Below are positions 18,184-26,186 of a DNA stretch of 64,000 bases, piece after piece; position 1 is the stretch's first letter, and each line of letters begins with the position of its first letter. Location: assembly GCA_963695095.1 (NCBI GenBank), contig CAVOFT010000001.1, positions 768,001 through 832,000 of the forward strand, read 5' to 3'. Below the pieces are notes generated by a model that was not told the origin of the DNA, did not search any database, and was given only the letters and a program-made list of their open reading frames with translations. The stretch is from an uncultured bacterium. Lineage in GTDB: Bacteria > Krumholzibacteriota > Krumholzibacteriia > JACNKJ01. The position numbers and the translations under genes were made by a program.

Positions 18184-19565
18184 TTCAGCAGGAGCAGCTT
18201 GCCCTGCTGCCGGGAATCGCCCTGGCTCAGGCGGCTGAAGTAGACGCCCGAGGGGAGGGCCTCGCCGCGCTCGTCGCGGCCGTCCCAGACCACGGCCTGC
18301 TCGCCCGCCGGGTAGCTGCCCTCGGCGAGCACGCGCAGGAGGCGCCCCTGCAGATCGTGGACCGCGAGGCGCAAGGGCGCGCCGCCGGCCGGCACGCTGA
18401 AGCGCAGGGTCGTGCTGGGATTGAAGGGATTGGGGTGATTGCCCAGCAGCGCGAGCGCGGCCGGAGTCCCGCCCTCGGCGGCCGGATCGCTCTCGCCCTG
18501 ATCGGGGGCGAGCGCGTAGAGGCGCAGGCCGCTGCCCTCGCCCCAGGCCTCGACCACGAGACCCACCGACTCCTGCCGCCGCAACTGGGTGCCCCGGCGA
18601 TGGTCGGTCACGGTCACCGTCGGCACGCAGAAGTCGCGCGGAGCCGCGAGGGCGGCCTCGAGGTCGCCCAGCGGCGCCAGGCTCGGCGAGAACTTGCGCA
18701 GGACGCCGGCCCGGGGCGCGGCGGCGTAGAGGTTGCCCCAGCCGTCGAGGTCCAGGCCCTCGACGCTGCCCAGGCCGTGGGCGAGCGCGCGCTCCCAGCG
18801 CAGGGCCCCGCCCGCTTCGCTGAGCTCGACGATGCGGCCGCCGTGGGCGTCGGCGACGACGACGCGATGCGCGCCGCGCGCCGCGTCCCAGCGGGCGGCG
18901 ATGGCGACGGGCCCGGCGAAGCGGCCCACCCCGCCGCCGAGGGCGCCGAAGCGCTCGCCCAGGGCGAAGCGCCCGTTCTCGACGGCGAAGCTGGCCACGC
19001 GATTGGCGCCCGTCTCCACGACGAAGAGGCGGTCGTCGGCGGCGGCGAAGGGCGTGCCGCCATCGGACCAGGCCAGGTCGCGCGGCGCTTTGAGGCCATC
19101 GATCGCGTAGAGCGGCGTCAGGCTCAGGGTCTCGCTGTCGTAGACGGCCTGGAACACCAGCACGCGACCATTACCGCTGTCAGCCAGGTAGATGCGGCCG
19201 GCGTCGTCGGCGGCCAGGCCGCGGGGCTCGACGAGCGCGCCGAAGGCGCTCCCTTCGCCCGTGAAGGCCGCCAGACCCAGGGTGGGGTCGCCGAAGAGCA
19301 GGCGGTTCCAGACCGGATCGCTCATCACCTGCAGGTAGCGCGCCTCGAGGTAGGGGAAGCGATCGTAGATGTCCACGCGGCCCACGATCACGCCGGCTGC
19401 CACGGCGCCGAAGAGATCGCGGTCCAGCTCCGCGCGGCTGGCGGCGCGGTCGAGCAGGCTGCGCTCGCCCGCGCCCGGCCAGGCCAGCGGGGTGAAGGTG
19501 GCGGCGGCGGCCGTCCCCGCGCAGGCGAGGAGGAGAGCCGCGGTCCCGAGGAAGAGGTGTCGCAT
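18180..19565 (-). CDS. NHL-repeat beta-propeller protein with FlgD-Ig/T9SS-like CTD
   Basis: PRGLAADDAGRIYLADSGNGRV NHL repeats; NHPNPFNPSTTLRF...WDGRD...SGVYFSRL...KLLLLK. Confidence 0.88.
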   Translation of the reverse strand: MRHLFLGTAALLLACAGTAAAATFTPLAWPGAGERSLLDRAASRAELDRDLFGAVAAGVIVGRVDIYDRFPYLEARYLQVMSDPVWNRLLFGDPTLGLAAFTGEGSAFGALVEPRGLAADDAGRIYLADSGNGRVLVFQAVYDSETLSLTPLYAIDGLKAPRDLAWSDGGTPFAAADDRLFVVETGANRVASFAVENGRFALGERFGALGGGVGRFAGPVAIAARWDAARGAHRVVVADAHGGRIVELSEAGGALRWERALAHGLGSVEGLDLDGWGNLYAAAPRAGVLRKFSPSLAPLGDLEAALAAPRDFCVPTVTVTDHRRGTQLRRQESVGLVVEAWGEGSGLRLYALAPDQGESDPAAEGGTPAALALLGNHPNPFNPSTTLRFSVPAGGAPLRLAVHDLQGRLLRVLAEGSYPAGEQAVVWDGRDERGEALPSGVYFSRLSQGDSRQQGKLLLLK

Positions 19566-19595
19566 GATGGGCTCCTTTCTCGATTCTCCCGAGTC

Positions 19596-20738
19596 CTAGA
19601 AGGTCAAGCTGAGGCCCGTCTCGAAGACGTTGGCCGCGAAGGCGTTGGTGTTGAAGTAGCGCTCGTAGCCCAGGCGCAGGCGCGCCGAGCGCAACAGGCT
19701 GAAGCGGGCGACGAGGGCCTGCGGCGCCCACTCCAGGCGGCCGCCGAACAGGTGCGCGTCGAAGGGGCCGAGCCGGTAGTCGCCGCTGCGATAGCCGCCG
19801 ATGCCCTCGGCGGCGGTGTACTCTTCAGCCCAGAACCAGGCGCTGCCCTGGTGATAGAAGCGATAGCGGTAGCGCACGACGAACTCCCGGCCCAGGTACT
19901 GATTGAGCTTGAGCCCCAGGGTGTGGGAGTCGAGCTGCCAGTCGTCCTGGTAGTAGCGGTACTCGACGTTCAGGCTCGAGCGTTCGCCGAGGTAGCGGTT
20001 GAGCTTGAGGAAGACATCCTCCCGCCGCCGCGAGTCGGGGTGCATCTCGGGCAAGCGCTCGCCACCCGCGTAGACCGCGCGGTAGAGGTTGTGCTGGAGC
20101 CCGCCATGCCGATTCAGCTCCAGACCCACGCGCAGCACCGTCTTCGGGTCGAGCACGCGCGTCGCCACCACGTTGAAGTGCGTGACGTCCTTCTCATCCG
20201 CCGCCGCCGCGTCCTCGTCGGCGAGCGGCTCGATGGTGTCCCAGCCATAGCTGAGGCCCACCGACAGATTGAGCTGGTCGCCGAAGAGGTCGCGACTCGT
20301 GCCGGCCGACACCATGCTGGCATCGTAGTCCGACTCGATGGAGCGGTAGTAGCCGAGTGCAGCCGGTCCCAGGGCGAGGCTTGCCTGCATGGCATTGCGG
20401 ATCTTCGTGTACTCGCTGAAGGCATCGCCGGCGCCGGCGATGGGCCGGCTGGCGGCGGTGATGGCGTCGGCCGCCTCGACGCTGCCGGCCGGCGACGGCA
20501 CGGGGGGAATGCTCACGCGCTCGTGGTCGAACTCCACATTCAGTCGACTGCGGCCGAGCGATAGGCCGTAGGAGACGTAGTGCGAGCGCACCTGGACGCC
20601 CTCCACATCGGTGAAGTAGTGGTAGAGCGCGCCGGCCTCCTGCTCGCCGGGCTCCGGCCAGGCCAGGGCCGGCGCCGCGACCGCGCCCAGCAGGGCGGCA
20701 AGGATGGCGCGCGGCCAGATCCGATGCCGGGGGATCAC
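19596..20738 (-). CDS. DUF3570 family outer-membrane beta-barrel protein
   Basis: GTG 20738; DAITAAS motif; ESDY, PDSR, YRYYQDDWQLDSHT, YRSGDYRL; terminal Phe; next to DUF4266/TlpA. Confidence 0.85.
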   Translation of the reverse strand: MIPRHRIWPRAILAALLGAVAAPALAWPEPGEQEAGALYHYFTDVEGVQVRSHYVSYGLSLGRSRLNVEFDHERVSIPPVPSPAGSVEAADAITAASRPIAGAGDAFSEYTKIRNAMQASLALGPAALGYYRSIESDYDASMVSAGTSRDLFGDQLNLSVGLSYGWDTIEPLADEDAAAADEKDVTHFNVVATRVLDPKTVLRVGLELNRHGGLQHNLYRAVYAGGERLPEMHPDSRRREDVFLKLNRYLGERSSLNVEYRYYQDDWQLDSHTLGLKLNQYLGREFVVRYRYRFYHQGSAWFWAEEYTAAEGIGGYRSGDYRLGPFDAHLFGGRLEWAPQALVARFSLLRSARLRLGYERYFNTNAFAANVFETGLSLTF

Positions 20739-20968
20739 TTGCACGCGCAGCCTCCCCCGGCGCCGCCGGCGCCGCCCGTCGAGGCCTCGCGGGCTTCCAG
20801 CCACTTCAGTTCCTTGGCCTCCTCGTCGCCTTCGGCGGCGAAGTCCATGATCGGGTCGGCCAGGTACTCGCGCTCATAGGGCCGCGCGCCGGCGCAGCCG
20901 CCGGCAGCGATGACGAGCGCGAGCAGGAGCGTGGCCAGCGGCGCGCGGCAGGACGGCGGGATACGCAT
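20735..20968 (-). CDS. DUF4266 family small lipoprotein
   Basis: Lipobox AGGC; PYEREYLADPIM...REASTGGAGGAGGGCACK. Confidence 0.88.
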   Translation of the reverse strand: MRIPPSCRAPLATLLLALVIAAGGCAGARPYEREYLADPIMDFAAEGDEEAKELKWLEAREASTGGAGGAGGGCACK

Positions 20969-21516
20969 CAGCGACTCCCCATGGCAGCGGTTGTGGGTGG
21001 AGCGGCGGCTGCCGCGAGCAACTCGGCGATGCTCGCCTCCAGGCGCTCCAGGCCGCGGGCGTCGGAGCCCAGCACGGCGAGACGCCGGGCGCCCTCGCCG
21101 TCGAAGACGAAGCTGCAGGGCAAGGCCGGGAGGTCGAGCTGCTTGGCCAGTCCATCGGGGCCGTCCAGGTAGAGCGGCATCGTCAGCCCGAGGTCGGCGG
21201 CGAATTGTCGCGCCTTCTCCGGATCACGATCGATGGAGACGACCCGCAGCTCGAGGCCGGCTGCCTGCCAGCGGGCCGCGCGGGCATCCAGCCAGGGCAG
21301 CTCGCGGCGACACGGCACGCACCAGCTCGCCCAGAAGTGGAGGAGCAGGGGCCGGCCTGGCAAGGGCGTGATGGTCGCGGCGCCGGTCTCCGCGAGGGCC
21401 GCCAGCGGGCGCGCGGCCAGGGCCTGCCGGGCGGGGTCGGGGTCGGCGGCTGCACGGCCGACCGGCGCCGCGAGCCCAGCCGCCAGGAGAATCGTCAAGA
21501 CCAGTGGTCCTCGCAT
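20968..21516 (-). CDS. TlpA-like thiol:disulfide oxidoreductase
   Basis: ATG 21516 after AGGAG; signal peptide; HFWASWCVPCRRELP. Confidence 0.92.
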   Translation of the reverse strand: MRGPLVLTILLAAGLAAPVGRAAADPDPARQALAARPLAALAETGAATITPLPGRPLLLHFWASWCVPCRRELPWLDARAARWQAAGLELRVVSIDRDPEKARQFAADLGLTMPLYLDGPDGLAKQLDLPALPCSFVFDGEGARRLAVLGSDARGLERLEASIAELLAAAAAPPTTAAMGSR

Positions 21517-21524
21517 GTCTGCTC

Positions 21525-23501
21525 CTAGCGGTACTGGGCGCCGAGCATCACCCAGAGGCGGAAGAGTTCGCGTTCGCGATCGGTGAGGGCGTTCGCACCG
21601 TCCGGATGGCGGCCGCTGCCCTCCCGGTTGCCGAGGCCCTCGGTGGCGTCGATGAGCAGCGAGCGGCGTGGGAAGCCCGGCCTCACCACCTGCGTCTCGA
21701 GGTGTTCGGAATCGCCGGAGAGATTGGTGTAGCCGCGCGGGAAGATCGCTCCCGTCTCTAGCGTGTCGGGCGCCGCGCCGAGGTCCAGGCCCGCCGGCGC
21801 CGGCAGGGTGTCGCCTTCCGCGATGACCGTCACGTGGTGGCAGGAAAGGCACTTGGCGTCGACGATGGGCGCGATGTGGTCCACGTAATTGATGACCTCG
21901 AAGTCCACCGGGTCCAGGTTCAGATTCGTGGCGGGGAGCGCGTCGGCCATCGGGAAGGGGTTGGTGGGCGGATCCGTGACCCGCTCGCGGTCCGTGTGGC
22001 AGCCCGTGCACTGGTTGACGTTCTCGCCGGGGCGCACGTAGAGCCAGGTGCGCTTGACGACGAAGCCGCGACCGTGCTCGTCGAGAGTGGCGAAGGAGAT
22101 CGGCGTATCGGCAGGCACCTCGATCTTGAAAGAGCCATCCGCCTGGACAGGCGCATAGCCGAGGAAGGCCCGCTTCTCGAACTCATTGGCCGAGAAATCG
22201 TTCATCTCGCCGGCCAAGGTGGGCCGCGCGGTGAAGACGGCGACCTGCGGCACCGGCGTCTCGCCGCGCACTGGGACTTCCTGGTCGTCCTGCAGGCTGC
22301 GGTTGAAGACGTCATGCGCGAGGAAGGTGCCGGAGTCGTAGGCGCGATTCACGGTGTCCGGGATGACGAGCGGCTTCTCGCGCGGCCACAGGAGCTGGGC
22401 GTCGTACTCGTTCGCCGCGGGATCGTTGTAGAGGAAGCTCAGCTCGTCAAGGCTCAGCGTCGCCGGATCATCCGGCGTGCCCGCGCCGCTCTGGTTGATC
22501 GTGAAGGTGTAGAGGCCGTAGTCAACCTGATCGTCCTCGGCGGCAGGCAGGGTGTAGCTGGCGACGTAGCGGTTGCCGCCGAGCGGGAAGGGGTACTTGA
22601 AGGCGCCGTAGGTCCAGGGCGCGCCATCCGTGTTGACGTCGGGGGTGAGCACGTCCCAGTAGTCGCTGTCCGGGCCGGGCGCCGGATCGGCGGGCCCGTT
22701 CTCGAGCTTGATGACGACGATGGGCCCGGCATCCTCGTTCACCATCGTGCTCTCGACGGCGATCAGGCGCCCGTCCGGCGTCGGCTGGGCGTGGAAGAAG
22801 TTGCGGTCATGGGGGCCGTACATGTGAAAGGTGCCCGTGCCGTCGGGATTGGTGAAGAAGAGCGGAAAGCGGTTGAAGTTGCCGAAGTGCTCCCAGCGCG
22901 TGTACATGATGTGGCCGTCCGCGAGCACGGTCGGGTCGAAGTCGTCGCTCTGGTTGAAGCTGATGCGTTCCAGGTTGCCGCCGTCGGCGTCGCAGGCGTA
23001 GAGGTGCTCGGCTGGCGAGTGGTTGTACTCGTCCATTTCGCCGGCGCGGCTGCTCGTGAAGACGATGCGGCCGTCGGGCAGGTAGAGCGGGTCGAAGTCG
23101 TGGCCGCCGCCCGCGGTCACGCGGCGCAGGCCGGCGCCATCGGCGCCGATCTCCCAGATGTTGCGGCTGGACTCGCCCGGCGCTCGCATCGAAAACAGGA
23201 TGCGCTCGCCGTCCCAGCTCACGCAGGGGTCGCTGATGCTGGCCCCGTTGAAGCTGGTGATGGCCGTCACCCGGCCGTCCGGCGCGATGGGCTGGAGCTT
23301 GTAGAGGTTGCCGCCGCCCCAGCTGCGATTGAGCGTTTCCTCGGCGCTGGTCTTGAGGAAGACGAGGGCGGGCGTCGCCGCGTCGCCGATGATGGCATCC
23401 GCGGGGGCGTCCTCGCGGCAGCCGGTCGCCGCGGCCAGCAGCGCCAGCGGCAGGAGCGCCGGCCAGCGGCGCCAGCGAGAGGGTGTGAGCGTGGCAGGCA
23501 T
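21525..23501 (-). CDS. HzsA-related lipoprotein (TolB/PD40-like propeller, HZS-alpha middle domain, two c-type hemes)
   Basis: AAGGAG RBS; lipobox ATGC; DFDPLYLPDGRIVFTSSR, YTRWEH, DGSFKIEVPADTPISF, CTGCH and CLSCH. Confidence 0.85.
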   Translation of the reverse strand: MPATLTPSRWRRWPALLPLALLAAATGCREDAPADAIIGDAATPALVFLKTSAEETLNRSWGGGNLYKLQPIAPDGRVTAITSFNGASISDPCVSWDGERILFSMRAPGESSRNIWEIGADGAGLRRVTAGGGHDFDPLYLPDGRIVFTSSRAGEMDEYNHSPAEHLYACDADGGNLERISFNQSDDFDPTVLADGHIMYTRWEHFGNFNRFPLFFTNPDGTGTFHMYGPHDRNFFHAQPTPDGRLIAVESTMVNEDAGPIVVIKLENGPADPAPGPDSDYWDVLTPDVNTDGAPWTYGAFKYPFPLGGNRYVASYTLPAAEDDQVDYGLYTFTINQSGAGTPDDPATLSLDELSFLYNDPAANEYDAQLLWPREKPLVIPDTVNRAYDSGTFLAHDVFNRSLQDDQEVPVRGETPVPQVAVFTARPTLAGEMNDFSANEFEKRAFLGYAPVQADGSFKIEVPADTPISFATLDEHGRGFVVKRTWLYVRPGENVNQCTGCHTDRERVTDPPTNPFPMADALPATNLNLDPVDFEVINYVDHIAPIVDAKCLSCHHVTVIAEGDTLPAPAGLDLGAAPDTLETGAIFPRGYTNLSGDSEHLETQVVRPGFPRRSLLIDATEGLGNREGSGRHPDGANALTDRERELFRLWVMLGAQYR

Positions 23502-23545
23502 GGTCCACTCCTTGCGGTTGCGGTTCTCCCGGTGAAGTCGAGCGA

Positions 23546-24163
23546 TCAACGCGCCAGGCTGCGGTAGAAGATGAAGCCGGCGCTGTAGTCGGCGTAGTCG
23601 TAGACGAGCGTGCCGCCGGCCGTGGGATGCAGCACGCGCCGTCCGCGGGCATCGAGGCGCAGGGCGAGGTCGTCACGCAGGAAGAGCTCGAGTCCGCCGC
23701 CCGCGCTGAGCACGTTGCGGGTGACGGAGTCCGCCAGCAGGGCGCCGCCGGGGAAGGCGATCATCATGCCGTAGCTCGCGGTGAGGTAGGGCTGCAGGCG
23801 CCAGGGCAGGGGCCGGCGGAGCAGCAGGCCGAAGTCGTGGAAGAGCGCATGCACGGACGAGGCCGGGTTGTGGGCGACCGTGGCCTCGTAGGCCAGCCAG
23901 CTGCGCGGCGCGTAGGCGGCGCGCAGCAGGTACTGACGCTGGCCGCCCAGCTCGCCGGCGCCGATGCTGAAGCCGAAGCGCCGCTGGTAGGGGCGATCGC
24001 CGGGCGCGAGGGCCAGCCGGCCCTGGGCCAGCGCGGGAACGAGGTACTCGACCTCCGCCCTGCCAGCGGCGGCCGGCGCCGCGGCTGCGCCGAGCGGCGC
24101 GCCGGCGAGGGCGGCGGCCCCGAGCAGCCCGGCGAGGGCGCGCCTGCTGCTGAGCGCGGCCAT
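23546..24163 (-). CDS. Small outer-membrane beta-barrel protein
   Basis: ATG 24163; signal peptide; LQPYLTASYG, AGGGLELFLRDDLALRLDAR. Confidence 0.75.
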   Translation of the reverse strand: MAALSSRRALAGLLGAAALAGAPLGAAAAPAAAGRAEVEYLVPALAQGRLALAPGDRPYQRRFGFSIGAGELGGQRQYLLRAAYAPRSWLAYEATVAHNPASSVHALFHDFGLLLRRPLPWRLQPYLTASYGMMIAFPGGALLADSVTRNVLSAGGGLELFLRDDLALRLDARGRRVLHPTAGGTLVYDYADYSAGFIFYRSLAR

Positions 24164-24639
24164 CACTGCCACGCTCCGGCGAGAATCCAGTCGCGGATGG
24201 CGATGAAGCCGGGATCGTCGCTGCTGTCGAAGCCCGCGAGGCTTTCGCCGGCGTGGTCGAGGCCGCCCGCCTCCTGGCTGAGGGGCTTGAGCAGCAGCGG
24301 GCTGGCCAGGGGGTCCCAGCCGTAGACCTGCAGGGCGGCCTGTTCGAAATCGAAGCCGGGGTCGGGATCCTCGGGGGGCGAGAGCTCGAAGCTGCCCCGC
24401 GGGCCGCCGCCGTGGCAGAGCGCGTTGTTGCAGCCCTCGGCCACGAGGACTGGCCTCACTTCGGCGGCGAAGCGGACCGCATCGAGGACGAAGAGGGAGT
24501 CGCCGCCGGGCGGCGCGGGCGCAGCGGCCGGCCCACGGCAGGCGCTGACGGCGAGGGCCATCAACAAGAGCGCGAGCGCGGCCGGCTTCGGCTCGCGGCC
24601 GGCGGCAACCCCTGTCCGTCGACTTCCCTTCGCCTCCAC
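24163..24639 (-). CDS. Cytochrome c-like lipoprotein with CX4CH motif
   Basis: AAGGAG RBS; lipobox VSAC; VRPVLVAEGCNNALCHGG...SPLLLKPL...H...IRDWI. Confidence 0.7.
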   Translation of the reverse strand: MEAKGSRRTGVAAGREPKPAALALLLMALAVSACRGPAAAPAPPGGDSLFVLDAVRFAAEVRPVLVAEGCNNALCHGGGPRGSFELSPPEDPDPGFDFEQAALQVYGWDPLASPLLLKPLSQEAGGLDHAGESLAGFDSSDDPGFIAIRDWILAGAWQ

Positions 24640-24767
24640 GCTGACTCCTTCCGGGCCGACCTCGTGCAGAGTGCCGGCGCCTGGCTAGCTCGGGCGCGCC
24701 GTCCGCGAGCGCCCGGATCCCCGGGCATTTCCCATCGCGGCTCGCCCCTTGGGTCGGGCCGGGAGAC

Positions 24768-24783
24768 AGCAATGCCTGCGCCA
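24768..24783 (-). promoter_or_regulatory. Sigma54 (-24/-12) promoter at the head of the operon
   Basis: Minus strand TGGCGCAGGCATTGCT vs consensus TGGCACG-N4-TTGCW; AT-richer tract upstream. Confidence 0.7.
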
Positions 24784-24894
24784 AACCGGAAGGAATAGCT
24801 AAATAGAGGATTTCGGATGCGAAACAGCCGGTATCATGGGACCGTGCACGGGAAGATGAAGCCAATTGGGGACGGGGGGACAGCGGAGCCTGGG

Positions 24895-25986
24895 CTAGAA
24901 GTGCTGCACGCGGTAGCGTCGAGACAGGGCGGGATCGAGGGTGAAGGCGCCGGCGAGGGTCTCCTCCACCCAGATGAGGTCGGGTCCTGCCGCGTCGGGG
25001 CGGCGTTCGACGAGGATGACGTCCATGTCCAGGCGCGCCCGGGCGAGCCGGCGCGCCGCCGTCGGGCCGAGCACGGTGAGGGCCGTCGCCCAGGCATCGG
25101 CGAGCGTGGCGCTGTCCATGACGACGGTCACCGAGGCCAGGGAATCCACGGGCCAGCCGCTGCGGGGGTCGAGGATGTGCCCGTAGCGCCTGCCCCCGGC
25201 GGCGACGAACTGCTCGTAGTCGCCGCTGGTGGCCACGGCGGCACGCGGCAGGGTGAGTGTGCCGAGGGTATGCTCGCGGTCGGCCGGATCGCGCAGGCCG
25301 AGCCGCCAGGCGGCGCGCCCGGGCGGCGCGCCGAGGAGGGCGATGTTGCCGGACAGGTCGACGAGCGCGTCCTGCACGCCCAGCGCGACCAGCGAGTCGC
25401 GAGCGCAGTCGACGGCATGGCCCTTGGCAATGCCGCCGAGATCCAGGCGCAGGCCGGGGCGCAGGGCGCTGAGCCGGTCGGCGGCGGGCGGACAGCGCAG
25501 CTTGCGGAAACCGATGTCGGGCAACAGCGCGGCGATGGCCGCGGAGTCCGGCAGCTGCCTGGCGCCGCCGAGGAAGCCCCAGAGGCGGACCAGCGGCTCC
25601 ACGGTGGGATCGAAGGCGCCCGCGCTCTCCGCCGCGACCTGCAGGGCTGCAGCGAGGACGCGCGCGGTCTCCGGCTCAGGCGCGAGCGGCGCGCCGTCCA
25701 CCGTGCCGTCGAGGGCGGCGTTGATGCGCGCCACTTCGCTGGTGCCGGTCCAGTTGCTCATCAGCGAGTCCACGCGGGTGAAGCCGGCCAGGACGCGGGT
25801 GGCCAGAGGCGCGAGCGCGAGGGAATCCGCACCGACGAGCGTCAGCGTGACCGTCGTGCCCATGGTGCGCGTGGTGAAGCGAATCGGCCGGACGGCGGGC
25901 GCGGCAAGGCTTCCGTCCGGCAGCGCCGCCGCGGCGACGAGGAAGACGATCATGAAGGCGATGGGCAGGCGGCGTCGCGGCGACAT
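24895..25986 (-). CDS. apbE: FAD:protein FMN transferase
   Basis: MGTTV, GAFDPTV, LDLGGIAKGHAVD, ATSGDYEQ, HILDPRSG, ADAWATA. Confidence 0.96.
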   Translation of the reverse strand: MSPRRRLPIAFMIVFLVAAAALPDGSLAAPAVRPIRFTTRTMGTTVTLTLVGADSLALAPLATRVLAGFTRVDSLMSNWTGTSEVARINAALDGTVDGAPLAPEPETARVLAAALQVAAESAGAFDPTVEPLVRLWGFLGGARQLPDSAAIAALLPDIGFRKLRCPPAADRLSALRPGLRLDLGGIAKGHAVDCARDSLVALGVQDALVDLSGNIALLGAPPGRAAWRLGLRDPADREHTLGTLTLPRAAVATSGDYEQFVAAGGRRYGHILDPRSGWPVDSLASVTVVMDSATLADAWATALTVLGPTAARRLARARLDMDVILVERRPDAAGPDLIWVEETLAGAFTLDPALSRRYRVQHF

Positions 25987-26186
25987 GCCGGCAGTCTAGG
26001 GGCCGGGCGCTCCGCGCGCAAGCGACCCGGGCGTCCCGACGGCAGTCGATCGCGGCGTTCCCGGGCGGGGGCGCCGCCTTTTCATGTCCGGCTTCGGCAA
26101 TGGGGAGGGCTGGCAATGGCGCCTGCACAGCCGCTATACTGCGCCGACCGAACCCGACTGCCGGATTCCAATCGTGGAGGACCCGC

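Noticed and set aside
21525..23501. Anammox hydrazine synthase
   Set aside because: No beta/gamma subunits or other anammox genes; only the domain architecture is shared
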